DNA of 64,000 nucleotides from Gemmataceae bacterium (lineage in GTDB: Bacteria; Planctomycetota; Planctomycetia; Gemmatales; Gemmataceae). Under the pieces are notes generated by a model. It was not told the DNA's origin and searched no databases. It worked only from the letters and a program-made list of their open reading frames with translations. Below are positions 26,788 through 37,631 of this stretch, piece after piece (position 1 is the first letter of the stretch; every line of letters begins with the position of its first letter). Location: the NCBI GenBank assembly GCA_036266155.1, contig DATANR010000134.1, positions 21,526 through 85,525 on the forward strand, in the 5' to 3' direction. The position numbers and the translations under genes were made by a program.

Positions 26788-27423
26788 CTACGATTGCTTC
26801 GTCTTCTTGATCGGCCCCTGGCGTTTGGGTCCGCGAACAATTGCCTCGCTGGCGTTTGCCCCTTCGAACAACGTCTGAAGCTTCGCCAGCGCTGCTGTCC
26901 AGTACGCTTTGAAGCGCCCGACGGCCGCGAGGTCCTTGAGCTTGTTGTGCTCCAGGGCAACCTGGCTTTTCGCGGGGCCCTTGTTCCAGAAATTGACTTC
27001 AACGCTCGTCTCGCCATCGATCCAGGTGATGCGCATCGACTTGTTCGCGGTGGCCCGGCGAACCGTCATCTTGGCGCCGTCCGGCAACCACTGGGCCAGC
27101 TTCTTGGGTTCGCTCCAGCTCGCGTACAGGTCCGCGATCGGCACGGCGATGGTTTTCGACGCGCTGGCCGAGAATTCGCCGTCGCACTTTTGATGCTTGA
27201 CGCGGAGGCCCTTCACCTGCTCGTAGCCGACGGTGACCATCTGGCTCCACCAGCCGGGACAACCGTGTTGCTCGCTTAGGTGCGTGGCGATTTCCTTGTG
27301 CGTCCACGCGGCCGCGCCGTCCGTGTCGAGCACGGCGATCCACTCGGACCATGTCTTGCCGGTTTTAGCCTGCACGGCTTCGGAACTGATGCCGGCGGCT
27401 TCGGTCACTTTGGGTTTGGGCAT
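26788..27423 (-). CDS. DUF4287-like N-domain + SRPBCC/AHSA1-like domain protein
   Basis: 211 aa. KTGKTWSEWIAVLD..HKEIATHLSEQHG, followed by a START/AHSA1-like beta-rich part. Confidence 0.6.
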   Translation of the reverse strand: MPKPKVTEAAGISSEAVQAKTGKTWSEWIAVLDTDGAAAWTHKEIATHLSEQHGCPGWWSQMVTVGYEQVKGLRVKHQKCDGEFSASASKTIAVPIADLYASWSEPKKLAQWLPDGAKMTVRRATANKSMRITWIDGETSVEVNFWNKGPAKSQVALEHNKLKDLAAVGRFKAYWTAALAKLQTLFEGANASEAIVRGPKRQGPIKKTKQS

Positions 27424-27490
27424 TGGTGCAGTCTCCCTTTGCGGCGTCGCCCTCGCGTTGCTCTTCGGGTTCTGTCGTTACGAGCGTGCG

Positions 27491-28219
27491 TCAACCCAGT
27501 GGCCACGCGGAATCCAGGGCGGCCTGTTGGATGCGCGTCACTTCCTGGATGCCCGCGGTGCCGACGCTGATCAGGCGCATCAGTTGATCGGCCGAGAAGG
27601 TCGCCTCTTCGCCGGCGCCCTGGACTTCGATGAAGCGGCCAGAGCCAGTCATCACCAAGTTCATATCGACGTCGGCATCGCGGTCTTCGACGTATTCGAG
27701 GTCGAGCCGTTCCTCGCCGTCAATGATGCCGACGCTGATGGCGGCCACGCTGTCGGTCACCACGTTGGCCGGCGGACCAATGACGGCGGCGTGCTTGTTC
27801 AAGGCCATGCACAGGGCGACGAACGCGCCATTGATGGCGGCAGTCCGCGTGCCGCCGTCGGCTTCAAGCACGTCGCAGTCCAGCCACAGCGTGCGCTCGC
27901 CGAGTTTGGTGAGATCGACCACCGCCCGCAGGCTGCGGCCGATGAGCCGTTGAATCTCGACCGAGCGCCCGTCGACCTTGCCCACCTTGTCGCGAGCTTT
28001 GCGTGAACCCGTCGAGCCGGGGAGCATCGCATACTCGGCTGTCATCCAGCCTTTGCCCGTCCCCACGAGAAACGGCGGCACCGCCGGCTCGACGCTGCAC
28101 GTGCACAGCACGGTGGTCGCCCCCGAGCGCACAAGTACGCTGCCGGCCGCGGTGCGGGTGAAGCCCAGCTCAAAGGAGAGTGGGCGAAGCTGATTCGGCA
28201 GACGGTTGTTGGGACGCAT
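27491..28219 (-). CDS. rph: ribonuclease PH
   Basis: 242 aa from MRPNNRLPNQLRP (cat 28217-28219). GSVLVRSGATTVLCT, EYAMLPGSTGSRKAR and DGRSVEIQRLIGRSLR are classic RNase PH motifs. The track's N-extension (FRVFRG) translates the upstream hairpin. Confidence 0.9.
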   Translation of the reverse strand: MRPNNRLPNQLRPLSFELGFTRTAAGSVLVRSGATTVLCTCSVEPAVPPFLVGTGKGWMTAEYAMLPGSTGSRKARDKVGKVDGRSVEIQRLIGRSLRAVVDLTKLGERTLWLDCDVLEADGGTRTAAINGAFVALCMALNKHAAVIGPPANVVTDSVAAISVGIIDGEERLDLEYVEDRDADVDMNLVMTGSGRFIEVQGAGEEATFSADQLMRLISVGTAGIQEVTRIQQAALDSAWPLG

Positions 28220-28236
28220 GGGGATAAGGTAGGAAC

Positions 28237-28340
28237 CACGAAAGACACGAAACACACGAAAAGAGACAAGATGATGCAGACCAATCAGTTATTCTTGATT
28301 GGTTCTTGTCTTCATTTTCGTGTGTTTCGTGTCTTTCGTG
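28237..28340. repeat. 104-nt hairpin with perfect 26-bp outer stem made of CACGAAA 9-mers
   Basis: cacgaaagacacgaaacacacgaaaa (28237-28262) pairs perfectly with ttttcgtgtgtttcgtgtctttcgtg (28315-28340). The interior is partly self-complementary (gagacaag/cttgtct, accaatcag/cttgattggt). Confidence 0.8.
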
Positions 28341-28350
28341 ATTCTTAACC

Positions 28351-29265
28351 CTAAGCCTTCAATAGCCACTCCAGAATTGCTTTTTGGGCATGCATGCGGT
28401 TGCCCGCTTGTTGAAAGACGACGCTGGCGGGGCCTTCCATCACGTCTTCGGTGATCTCCTCGCCGCGGTGGGCCGGCAGGCAGTGGAGAATTTTCGCATC
28501 GCGCGGCGCTTTCTTCAGAAGGGTGGCGTTCACCTGATATGGGGCGAAGATGCGCAGGCGTTCCTCTCGTTCGGACTCCTGGCCCATGCTGGTCCAGACG
28601 TCCGTGTAGATCACGTCAGCCGCTTTCACCGCGGCAAGTGGGTCGGCGGTTTCGAGCGGCAGCTTCGGGTTGACCTGCGTTGTGTAATTCGTTTTGAAGT
28701 CCGCCGGGAAGCCATAGCCGTCCGGCCGAGCGAGGATGAAGTTGATGCCGAGCTTGCCGCACAACACGGCCAGCGAGCGTGCCACGTTGTTGCCGTCGCC
28801 GATGAAGGCAATCGTCTTGCCGCGCACGTCGCCGGTTGTCTCTTGCAACGTCAACACGTCGGCCATCGCTTGGCACGGATGCGAGGTATCCGAAAGCCCG
28901 TTGATGACGGGAACGGTTGCATGGTTCGCCACGCCGACGACGGTGTCGTGTTTGAAGACGCGGAGGACGATGCAATCGACGAATTGAGACATGGTGCGCG
29001 CGAAGTCGGCGACCGATTCGCGGACGCCGAGGCCGACCTCGCTGCCGGCCTGGAACAAACTTGTGCCGCCGAGTTGGGCGACGCCGGCCTCGAAACTCAC
29101 ACGCGTGCGCAGCGACGGCTTCTCAAACACGAGGCCGACAATCTTGTGACGAAGAGTGTCCGCATATTCACCGTGCGCGACGGCCGCCTTGAGCCGGGCC
29201 GCGTCGGCGATAAGCTGTCGTAACGTGTCCGCGTCGTGGTCAATAACGGTGAGAAAGTGCTTCAT
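28351..29265 (-). CDS. argF: ornithine carbamoyltransferase
   Basis: 304 aa. FEKPSLRTRVSFE, HPCQAMADVLTL and HCLPAHRGEE motifs. Confidence 0.9.
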   Translation of the reverse strand: MKHFLTVIDHDADTLRQLIADAARLKAAVAHGEYADTLRHKIVGLVFEKPSLRTRVSFEAGVAQLGGTSLFQAGSEVGLGVRESVADFARTMSQFVDCIVLRVFKHDTVVGVANHATVPVINGLSDTSHPCQAMADVLTLQETTGDVRGKTIAFIGDGNNVARSLAVLCGKLGINFILARPDGYGFPADFKTNYTTQVNPKLPLETADPLAAVKAADVIYTDVWTSMGQESEREERLRIFAPYQVNATLLKKAPRDAKILHCLPAHRGEEITEDVMEGPASVVFQQAGNRMHAQKAILEWLLKA

Positions 29266-29294
29266 ATTAGCGGTCAGTGGTCGGTGATCAGGTG

Positions 29295-29345
29295 AAAAAC
29301 AAAAAAGCCAGTGATTGGTGGTCTTGCCTGACCACCGAGCACTGG
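29295..29345 (-). terminator. intrinsic terminator-like hairpin between argD and argF
   Basis: Minus strand: ccagtgctcggtggtc-aggcaa-gaccaccaatcactgg (13/16 pairing), followed by CTTTTTTGTTTTTC (rc of the A-run at 29295-29306). Confidence 0.55.
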
Positions 29346-29355
29346 CCGCGAATCA

Positions 29356-30558
<1,203 letters not shown>

Positions 30559-30576
30559 GGTGTTTTCCCGAGCGAC

Positions 30577-31461
30577 TTAGTGTGCCTCAAGCTTCATGGC
30601 CGTGCCGACGCCCTGGTCGGTGAAGATCTCGAGCAACAAAGAATACGGCCGGCGACCGTCGATCACATGCACTGTGCCGACGCCGGCACGCAAGGCATCG
30701 AAACACGCTTCGACTTTGGGGATCATTCCCCCGTCGATCGCGCCGGCATCGATGAGCCGTTGACACTGGGCCGCATCCAATTGGGCGATCAGGGACGCCG
30801 GGTCCTTCGCGTTTCTCAAGATGCCCGGCGTGTCAGTGAGCATCACGAGCTTGGTCGCCTTGAGAGCCGCGGCGACGGCACAGGCGGCCGTGTCCGCGTT
30901 CACGTTGAGCCATCCGCCCGCCGCATCGACGGCCAGCGACGGCAACACGGGAACGATGTGCCCGTTCGTGATTTCCCGAAGCAATTGGCAGTCGACGCGC
31001 GTCACCTGACCCACGTGGCCGAGGTCGATCGGTTCGCCGCCGGGGTTGGGCAAGGTAAGTCGTTCGCCACGTAAAGCTTGTTGCGGACCGGAATGTAGAC
31101 CCACCGCTCGGCCGCCGAGTTCGCGGAGTTGCCGGACAATTCCCGCGTTGATTTCATTCGTCAAAACGTCAACGACGATTCGCAACGTCGCGTCATCGGT
31201 ATACCGGCGCCCCTGGACCTTGCGAGGCACGAACCCCGACGCGGCCATCGCTCGGTCAATCGGTTTGCCGCCGCCGTGGACGAGCACCGGCACGAGGCCG
31301 ACGGCTTGCAAAAAGACGACGGACTGCAGCGTGGCCCGGAGCGCAACCGGGTCTTCCATCGCACTGCCGCCCAGCTTGATGACGGTGACGCAATCGCGAA
31401 AGGTGCGGATGTAGCCGAGCGCCTCGACGAGGGCTTCGGCCTTGCGGATGGCGTTGTCCAT
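30577..31461 (-). CDS. argB: acetylglutamate kinase
   Basis: 294 aa. VIKLGGSAMED, VLVHGGGKPI and NVNADTAA motifs. Confidence 0.9.
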   Translation of the reverse strand: MDNAIRKAEALVEALGYIRTFRDCVTVIKLGGSAMEDPVALRATLQSVVFLQAVGLVPVLVHGGGKPIDRAMAASGFVPRKVQGRRYTDDATLRIVVDVLTNEINAGIVRQLRELGGRAVGLHSGPQQALRGERLTLPNPGGEPIDLGHVGQVTRVDCQLLREITNGHIVPVLPSLAVDAAGGWLNVNADTAACAVAAALKATKLVMLTDTPGILRNAKDPASLIAQLDAAQCQRLIDAGAIDGGMIPKVEACFDALRAGVGTVHVIDGRRPYSLLLEIFTDQGVGTAMKLEAH

Positions 31462-31640
31462 CGGACCCGGGTCGGGTGTGCCGACGTAAAAGATGAAATG
31501 TATGGCGGTGGACAGGGGGCGTCAATGGCGAGGCATACGCCAATCACGGTCATTTTGAACTAGCCGCCGCTTTGATCTTTCATCTGGCCAAGCCCCGCAA
31601 CATGTCCCGCACTGCGACCACGATCTGAGATTCGGACCGA

Positions 31641-33053
31641 TCAGTCGGTCCGATCAACGATTTGCCACAACAACGACCGCGCTGCAGCCATGATCTTAGG
31701 GGCGGATTCGACTTCCAAATAGCTCGAGCGCGCCCGCCAAGTCTCGTAACCGCCGAGCGCATGCTGAGCCGGCGTCGGCAGGTAGCCGTTGTAGCCATTC
31801 GCCAGCTCAATTGTAAAGGTGTTCTTCAGCCAACTTTTCTTCTTGATCTCCAGCCCGATCTCCGCGAACACCTCGCACGGAATGGCAACGATGCCGACGT
31901 TGCCGATGCGCAGCGCCTGAATCGTGACCGGAACCGCCGCGGGGTATTTGTCCACCAACAAGGTCTCGCGCGCGTAAATCGCGTCGCGGCCAACGAGGTT
32001 CTTCGGGTCCTTTTGCTCAGCCAGCAACTTGCGAGCGCGATCCATTTCCTTATCGTTCGGCTTGCGGACGCCGAGTTGCAATTCCTTGGTCGCGGCGGCA
32101 AGCGTCACATCGCTTCGATACTCGACTTTCGTATATGCCTCGGCCACTTTTTTCGCAACACTATCGGCAACAACTTTGATCCGCTCGCCCGGACCATATT
32201 TAATCGCGGCGATGCCGAAGTTAATGTTGTTGATGTCCCCGCTCGTTGCGTTCGACATGATGCCCACAAAGTCCTTGGAATCAGCCGCGACGAGTTGTTT
32301 GATGCGCTCCGCGAAAGCGCCGTAATAATCCGCCGACACGGCGGGATTGCCGCCCACATAATGCAGCGAATAGTTGGCGAGCACGCAGAGCGGTTTGCCG
32401 TTTGCGGTTTGGACTGAGAGGAAGGAGATGTCCGGATCAACTGGTCCGGCCGGTTCGACTAGGCCCTTCGCCTCGTTGCCGGGATTCATTTGCACCTTGT
32501 CGGTCGTATTGCCGAACGGGTCGGCCGGAATGAGGTCGTGTTCGCGTTTCCAACGGCGATTGAAGACGTTCGTCTCATCGCGGGCTCGGCCAAACCCGAT
32601 CTTCGCGGGCCCCCGGCGTTCGTGTGCGATGCGAATGCCGTCGGCAATCTTGGCCGCGAGGAACCTGACATAAACCGCGTCCGGTTCGCTTTGAAAGACA
32701 CCGGTGACGGTCGGCGCACTATGCGTGTGCGTCGCCGAGATCAGGATGTGATCGGCGGCGATGCCGCTCGCCTTCGTCGCCTGGGCCTTGGCGTCCAACA
32801 CCAATTCTCGCGGGATCATGCAACTATCGACGACGACTATTGCGAGCTTCGTTGTTCCGTCGTCGAGGACGAGGCACCGGGCATGCAGCGGATCGTTCGC
32901 CCCTTTCGCCTGACCGTCGGCCAGGTTGCCGTTCACACTGATCGGGAACTTGGTCGGCGTCACGTCCATCGCGAACGCGCCGGCTTTGAGTTCGGCGGCC
33001 TGAGCGTAGGCGCCAAAGACAAGCACAAGGAGCGCGGCAACTGTTCGGATCAT
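31641..33053 (-). CDS. secreted neutral/alkaline ceramidase N-terminal-domain-like hydrolase
   Basis: 470 aa from MIRTVAALLVLVFGAYAQA (cat 33051-33053). AGAFAMDVTP.., HARCLVLDDGTTKLAIVVVDS and ISATHTHSAP resemble the ceramidase-N family. Confidence 0.6.
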   Translation of the reverse strand: MIRTVAALLVLVFGAYAQAAELKAGAFAMDVTPTKFPISVNGNLADGQAKGANDPLHARCLVLDDGTTKLAIVVVDSCMIPRELVLDAKAQATKASGIAADHILISATHTHSAPTVTGVFQSEPDAVYVRFLAAKIADGIRIAHERRGPAKIGFGRARDETNVFNRRWKREHDLIPADPFGNTTDKVQMNPGNEAKGLVEPAGPVDPDISFLSVQTANGKPLCVLANYSLHYVGGNPAVSADYYGAFAERIKQLVAADSKDFVGIMSNATSGDINNINFGIAAIKYGPGERIKVVADSVAKKVAEAYTKVEYRSDVTLAAATKELQLGVRKPNDKEMDRARKLLAEQKDPKNLVGRDAIYARETLLVDKYPAAVPVTIQALRIGNVGIVAIPCEVFAEIGLEIKKKSWLKNTFTIELANGYNGYLPTPAQHALGGYETWRARSSYLEVESAPKIMAAARSLLWQIVDRTD

Positions 33054-33142
33054 GGCGAAACTCACGGTAGGAGAGCAGTGAAGATACCCCGACAACCACG
33101 CGGACACAACAAGCTGCTGGCGAAACGTGCTAGACTTGCGGT

Positions 33143-34066
33143 GTGACCGTGTCGAACCCCATCGTCCTTGGATTGACGCCAGCATTGCCATGGCCGTTGC
33201 GGCAATGGCGCTGGCTCATCACGCCCGTGCCGGCCGAGCGGGCGACCGCGCTCCGGATTGCCGTCGGCGCCGTGTTGCTGTTTGACATCTTGGTGCTCTA
33301 TCTGCCCAACCTTCGAACACTGTACGGCGCGGGCGGCTTCGGCGATCCCGCCAACTTCGATGCGATGTTCGCCCCGCCCTTTTGCCGCTGGTCAATGTTG
33401 CGCTGGCTGCCGGCCACGTGGGGACCGCAATTCCTGATCGTCAACTGGTTGGTCGCTGCAGTCGCCTTGCTGATCGGCTATCGATCGCGACTGGCTGCGC
33501 TCGTCTGCTGGATGGCTGCGGTATCGTTTGCCAATTCGAATCACAGCCTCCACAACGGCGGCGATCAACTCAAGATTGTTGCCCTGCTCATGCTCGTCTT
33601 CCTGCCGACCGACGGTTGCTGGTCGGTGCGGCGCCATCCGCTCGCCCGCGGTGTTGGGCCTGTCCTCGTTCAGGCATGGCCGATCCGTTTGTTGATGGTC
33701 CAGCTTGCCGTGATGTACTTCATGAACGGCTATTACAAATCGATGGGCCCGGCCTGGCGCGATGGATCGGTCATGGCCGCGATCGCGCAGAACCCGAGTT
33801 GGGCCCACTTCTCGCCGGACTATCTGCCGCTGCCGGACGTGGCCTTACGGTTTCTCGCTTGGACTACGGTGATCTGGGAATTGCTCTTTCCGGTACTCGT
33901 GCTCATGCCGCTTACGCGTGCGGCCACGATCTGGATCGGCGTGCTCTTCCATGTCGGCACGTTGATCCATCTCGAGGTGGGGCTGTTCCCGCTCTACGCA
34001 TTGTGCTACTACGTGCCGCTGTTGCCGTGGGAGCGGCGATCATTTGCCGCGAATGCTCGCCTTTAG
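33143..34066 (+). CDS. HTTM-domain-like polytopic membrane protein
   Basis: 307 aa. GTG start in the track. RIAVGAVLLFDILVLYLPNL..LYGAGGF, LIGYRSRLAAL and HNGGDQLKIVALLMLVFLP fit the HTTM pattern. The 3' end overlaps the pheT 3' end by 27 nt (convergent). Confidence 0.55.
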   Translation: MTVSNPIVLGLTPALPWPLRQWRWLITPVPAERATALRIAVGAVLLFDILVLYLPNLRTLYGAGGFGDPANFDAMFAPPFCRWSMLRWLPATWGPQFLIVNWLVAAVALLIGYRSRLAALVCWMAAVSFANSNHSLHNGGDQLKIVALLMLVFLPTDGCWSVRRHPLARGVGPVLVQAWPIRLLMVQLAVMYFMNGYYKSMGPAWRDGSVMAAIAQNPSWAHFSPDYLPLPDVALRFLAWTTVIWELLFPVLVLMPLTRAATIWIGVLFHVGTLIHLEVGLFPLYALCYYVPLLPWERRSFAANARL

Positions 34067-36556
34067 CACGTGCACAAGCCGATTCTCGACCTGCTTGTGC
34101 GCCTTGTCGATCTCCGTGTCCTTGAGCGTTCGATCGGCCTGGTAAGTCAGCGCGTAAGCAAGACTCTTCTTGCCGGCCGGGATCGAGTCGCCGCGGTAAA
34201 CGTCGAAGAGCCGGACTCCGGCCAGCAATTCACCGCCGGCGGCGCGGATCTCGGCGACGACCGACTCATTCGTCAGTCCTTCGTCAACGACCACGGCGAC
34301 GTCGCGCAAGGCCGCTTGATGCTGCGGGACGGCGACGTACGCGAAACGCTCGGGTGCCGCCGCCAGGATCGCTTCCAAATCGAGATCGGCAGCAAGGACC
34401 GCGTGCTCGCTCAACTTGAATGCGGCCGCCGTCTTCGGATGCAGTTCGCCGAAGCAGCCGACCGCCTTACCATTGACGAACAACTCCCCGGACCGGCCGG
34501 GATGCAGATATGCCACCTCCTTCGTCGAACGAACGGCGACTCCAGGCAGATGCAATGCGGCCGCCAGGCGCTCGATGACGCCCTTCAGATCGAAGAAGTC
34601 GAGGACCTGTCCGCCGGAAGGCGCGTCCCACGCTTCCGTCGCACGGCGGCCGGACAGGACAAGTGCCAAGCGCCTGGGTTCAACCGGCAGCTTCTCGCCG
34701 GCCTTCGGCAGGTACACAGGCCCGACTTCGAACATCTTCACCGCGGGCTCGTGCTTCAAATTCTCCTCGGCCGCTTCGAGCAGGTTCGTGAGCAAACTCG
34801 TCCGCATCACCGAACGTTCGGGGCTGATCGGATTCACCAACTCGACCCACGGGCCGGCGACGCCCAGCTTGGCCTCGCCATCCTTGGCGGTCAGCGAGTA
34901 AGTCACACACTCTTGCAGGCCGGCGTTGGCCAGCGTGTCGCGAACGGTGTCCTCGAGCACCAGCACTCGATTGTTCCGCTGGGGCGGCAATTCGCCGGAG
35001 AGCAGTATGCTCGGTAATCGATCGTAGCCGTGGGTTCGCACCAATTCCTCGATGAGATCAGCAGCGCCGGCTTGAATATCGAGACGCGTGAGCGGGACTG
35101 TCGCCTGCCAGCCGTCCGCGACCTTCGTCAGCGTGAACTGCAGCGCCGCCAACACGCGTTCAACTTCCGCGTCCGGGAAATCGACTCCCAACAGTCGGCG
35201 AATTTCCGCGCGACGGAGCGTCACGATCTGGGCCGGCAGCGGCGCCGGATAGGCGTCGATCGTGCCAGTCAACATGGTGCCGCCGCCGCTTTCGGCGATG
35301 AGCCGGGCGGCATGTTGTGAAGCCGGCGGCGCCAGTTCAGGATGGACGCCGCGGCTGAAACGCGTGCTCGCTTCGCTGAACAAGGCGAAACGGTGGGCCG
35401 TGCGGCGGACGCTGACGAAGTCGAAGCTTGCCGATTCGAGGAGCACCGTCTTTGTCGCCGTCGTCACTTCCGTCTCGGCGCCGCCCATGACGCCGGCCAG
35501 CGCGATCGCGCCGGCCGTGTCCGCGATGACCAGCGTCTCCGGCGTCAGCGTGCGGTCCTGGCCGTCGAGCGTCTTGAGGATCTCGCCGTCCTTCGCCGGA
35601 CGGACGATGATCGTCGGCGCCTTACCGCCGGCGCGCTTCACGAGAATGTCGTAATCGAACGCGTGCAGCGGCTGGCCCCACTCCAGCATGGCGTAATTGG
35701 TGACGTCGACTAGATTGTTGATCGGCCGCATGCCGGCGTGGGTCAAGCGGCGTTGCATCCAACCCGGCGCCGGACCAACCGTGACATTTTCGATCATCGC
35801 CGCCGTATAGCGCGAGCAGAGCTTGGCGTCGACGATCTCGACCTTAACTTTGCCGGCGATCGGCCCACCCATCTTGGCGGGCGTCGCCGCCGGAACGCGG
35901 ACGGTCTTGCCGAACAGCGCGGCCACTTCGCGCGCGACGCCGATCATCGATAAGCAGCGGGCCATGTTCGGCAGGACGTCGATCTCCAGCACCGCCTCGC
36001 CGAGCAGATCGACGGCCGGCACGCCGACCGGCGCGTCGGCCTCTAGCAGGATGATCCCCTCGTGCTCGTCGGAGACACCCAGCTCGAAGTTCGACATACA
36101 CATGGCATCGTTCGGGATGCCACGCAGTTCCTTCGGCTCCAGCGTCTTGATCACCTTCTTCGATTGCTTGGTCGCCTTGTCTTCTTCCTCCATGAAGTAG
36201 CGCGTGCCGCGCAAACCGAGGATCACCTTCTGACCGCTCTCGCCGACGGCGATATTCGGCGCTCCCGTTACCACCGTCTTCGGCGTGCCGGTCCCATAGT
36301 CGAGTTCGACGAGCTTCAGCTTGTCCGCGTTCGGATGTTTGTCGATCTTGCGGACCAGCGCCGTGACGACCTTATCGCGGTCCCAGACCGGCCCCGGTTC
36401 GAGGACCTTGGCCTTGAGCCCGGCCGGCGTCGGCAGGCCGAGCAGACGCACGCCGGTGACCTCCAGGCCGGCCAGCGTGAGCCGCTCGACCAACTCGGGC
36501 AACGCGACGTCGGCGAGGTCCACGTGATCGGCAAGCCACTTCAGCGGAACGTTCAT
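34040..36556 (-). CDS. pheT: phenylalanine--tRNA ligase beta subunit
   Basis: 838 aa from MNVPLKWLADHVDL (cat 36554-36556). tRNA-binding domain, B3/4, B5 and a C-terminal FDX-ACB-like domain are recognisable. Confidence 0.9.
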   Translation of the reverse strand: MNVPLKWLADHVDLADVALPELVERLTLAGLEVTGVRLLGLPTPAGLKAKVLEPGPVWDRDKVVTALVRKIDKHPNADKLKLVELDYGTGTPKTVVTGAPNIAVGESGQKVILGLRGTRYFMEEEDKATKQSKKVIKTLEPKELRGIPNDAMCMSNFELGVSDEHEGIILLEADAPVGVPAVDLLGEAVLEIDVLPNMARCLSMIGVAREVAALFGKTVRVPAATPAKMGGPIAGKVKVEIVDAKLCSRYTAAMIENVTVGPAPGWMQRRLTHAGMRPINNLVDVTNYAMLEWGQPLHAFDYDILVKRAGGKAPTIIVRPAKDGEILKTLDGQDRTLTPETLVIADTAGAIALAGVMGGAETEVTTATKTVLLESASFDFVSVRRTAHRFALFSEASTRFSRGVHPELAPPASQHAARLIAESGGGTMLTGTIDAYPAPLPAQIVTLRRAEIRRLLGVDFPDAEVERVLAALQFTLTKVADGWQATVPLTRLDIQAGAADLIEELVRTHGYDRLPSILLSGELPPQRNNRVLVLEDTVRDTLANAGLQECVTYSLTAKDGEAKLGVAGPWVELVNPISPERSVMRTSLLTNLLEAAEENLKHEPAVKMFEVGPVYLPKAGEKLPVEPRRLALVLSGRRATEAWDAPSGGQVLDFFDLKGVIERLAAALHLPGVAVRSTKEVAYLHPGRSGELFVNGKAVGCFGELHPKTAAAFKLSEHAVLAADLDLEAILAAAPERFAYVAVPQHQAALRDVAVVVDEGLTNESVVAEIRAAGGELLAGVRLFDVYRGDSIPAGKKSLAYALTYQADRTLKDTEIDKAHKQVENRLVHVLKASIRGK

Positions 36557-36609
36557 GCACGCGGTCCTGATGCGATAAACTAAGCAGGGGATGATCTTAC
36601 GAGAGGTCA

Positions 36610-37371
36610 ATGGCGATGCCACTACGCGACCACTTTCACGCGCCGCTCAAGACGGAACGACACTGGGGCTCATTTCACGCAATGTGGATCACCACCATCG
36701 CCGAGCGGCTAAACGAACGATTGCCGGAAAGATACTTCGCCGAGGCGCAGGTTCACGCGGGCGCATCGATCGAGATCGACGTAGGCACATTCCGAGACGA
36801 GGACCATGATGCCGCACCGCGGAACGGCCAGCCCTCCGTTACGGCCAATGACGGCGGCGGGACGGCGTTGGCGGTCATGCCCGAAGTTTTCACATCGACT
36901 GAGCCGGACTTGTCTGTTGGGACTGAACTAGCCGATGATCGAGAGATTCGAGTCTTCAATGATGTTGGCGGCTCCAGGTTGGTGGCCGCGATCGAACTCA
37001 TCAGTCCCGCCAACAAGGATCGTCCAGAATCCCGACAGGCCTTCGCAACGAAATGCGCCAGCTACCTGCACAACAGCATTGCTGTCGTCATCATTGACAT
37101 TGTCACCGAACGCCATGCCAACTTGCACGACGAAATCGGTCCGCTGATTACGAGCGACAAGTTGCCGCCTGTCGGTGAGCAAAGTCTGTACGCGTGCGCT
37201 TATCGGCCGATCATTCGTCAGGAAAAATCCCAAATCGACATGTGGACGCGCAGGCTGGCCTTAGGCGAGGTGTTGCCGACGCTGCCGCTGTGGCTGAATG
37301 CCGTGAAAGCCGTGCCGGTCGAGCTTGAAATGACGTATGAAACCGCTTTGAAGCGCAGCCGCATCGCCTGA
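36610..37371 (+). CDS. DUF4058 family protein
   Basis: 253 aa. MPLRDHFHAPL..WGSFHAMW..LPERYFAE and AAIELISPANKDRPESRQAFATKCASYL match the DUF4058 pattern (nuclease-like IE(L/I)xSPxNK). Confidence 0.65.
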   Translation: MAMPLRDHFHAPLKTERHWGSFHAMWITTIAERLNERLPERYFAEAQVHAGASIEIDVGTFRDEDHDAAPRNGQPSVTANDGGGTALAVMPEVFTSTEPDLSVGTELADDREIRVFNDVGGSRLVAAIELISPANKDRPESRQAFATKCASYLHNSIAVVIIDIVTERHANLHDEIGPLITSDKLPPVGEQSLYACAYRPIIRQEKSQIDMWTRRLALGEVLPTLPLWLNAVKAVPVELEMTYETALKRSRIA

Positions 37372-37564
37372 CCGAAGTCGATCCGACTCGATACGTTCGC
37401 GCGCCACACACCCCCCTGAACGTATTTCTCATTTTTCGAGCGTCGCCGGGGATTCTGGTGCTAGGCGGACGTAAAACCTTAGCTCGCAATCGCTTCTGGA
37501 TGTGGCTCTGACCCGATTGCGCGTAAGCTGGATGCCCGCCGCGCACGTCGCCGGGCGTTCGGCG

Positions 37565-37612
37565 TGAACGAAACGAAGCCGGCCCGGCGGTACGCGAGGA
37601 ACCGCCGGGCCG
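37565..37612 (-). terminator. candidate intrinsic terminator downstream of the pilus operon
   Basis: Stem cggcccggcgg (37580-37590) pairs with ccgccgggccg (37602-37612). On the minus strand it is followed by GCTTCGTTTCGTTC. It lies 20 nt after the stop at 37632. Confidence 0.45.
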
Positions 37613-37631
37613 AAAGCGTTTCATTGCATTG

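Noticed and set aside
28042-28284. 80-aa ORF (MVCIILSLFVCFVSFVV..), and the FRVFRG extension of the rph track ORF.
   Set aside because: Both are translations of the CACGAAA-repeat hairpin. The rph homology starts at MRPNNRL.
37617-37630. Exact 14-mer tttcattgcattgc shared with 61115-61128, both near gene 3' ends.
   Set aside because: About 15 exact 14-mer matches are expected by chance between the two strands of a 64-kb window. The flanks do not align.
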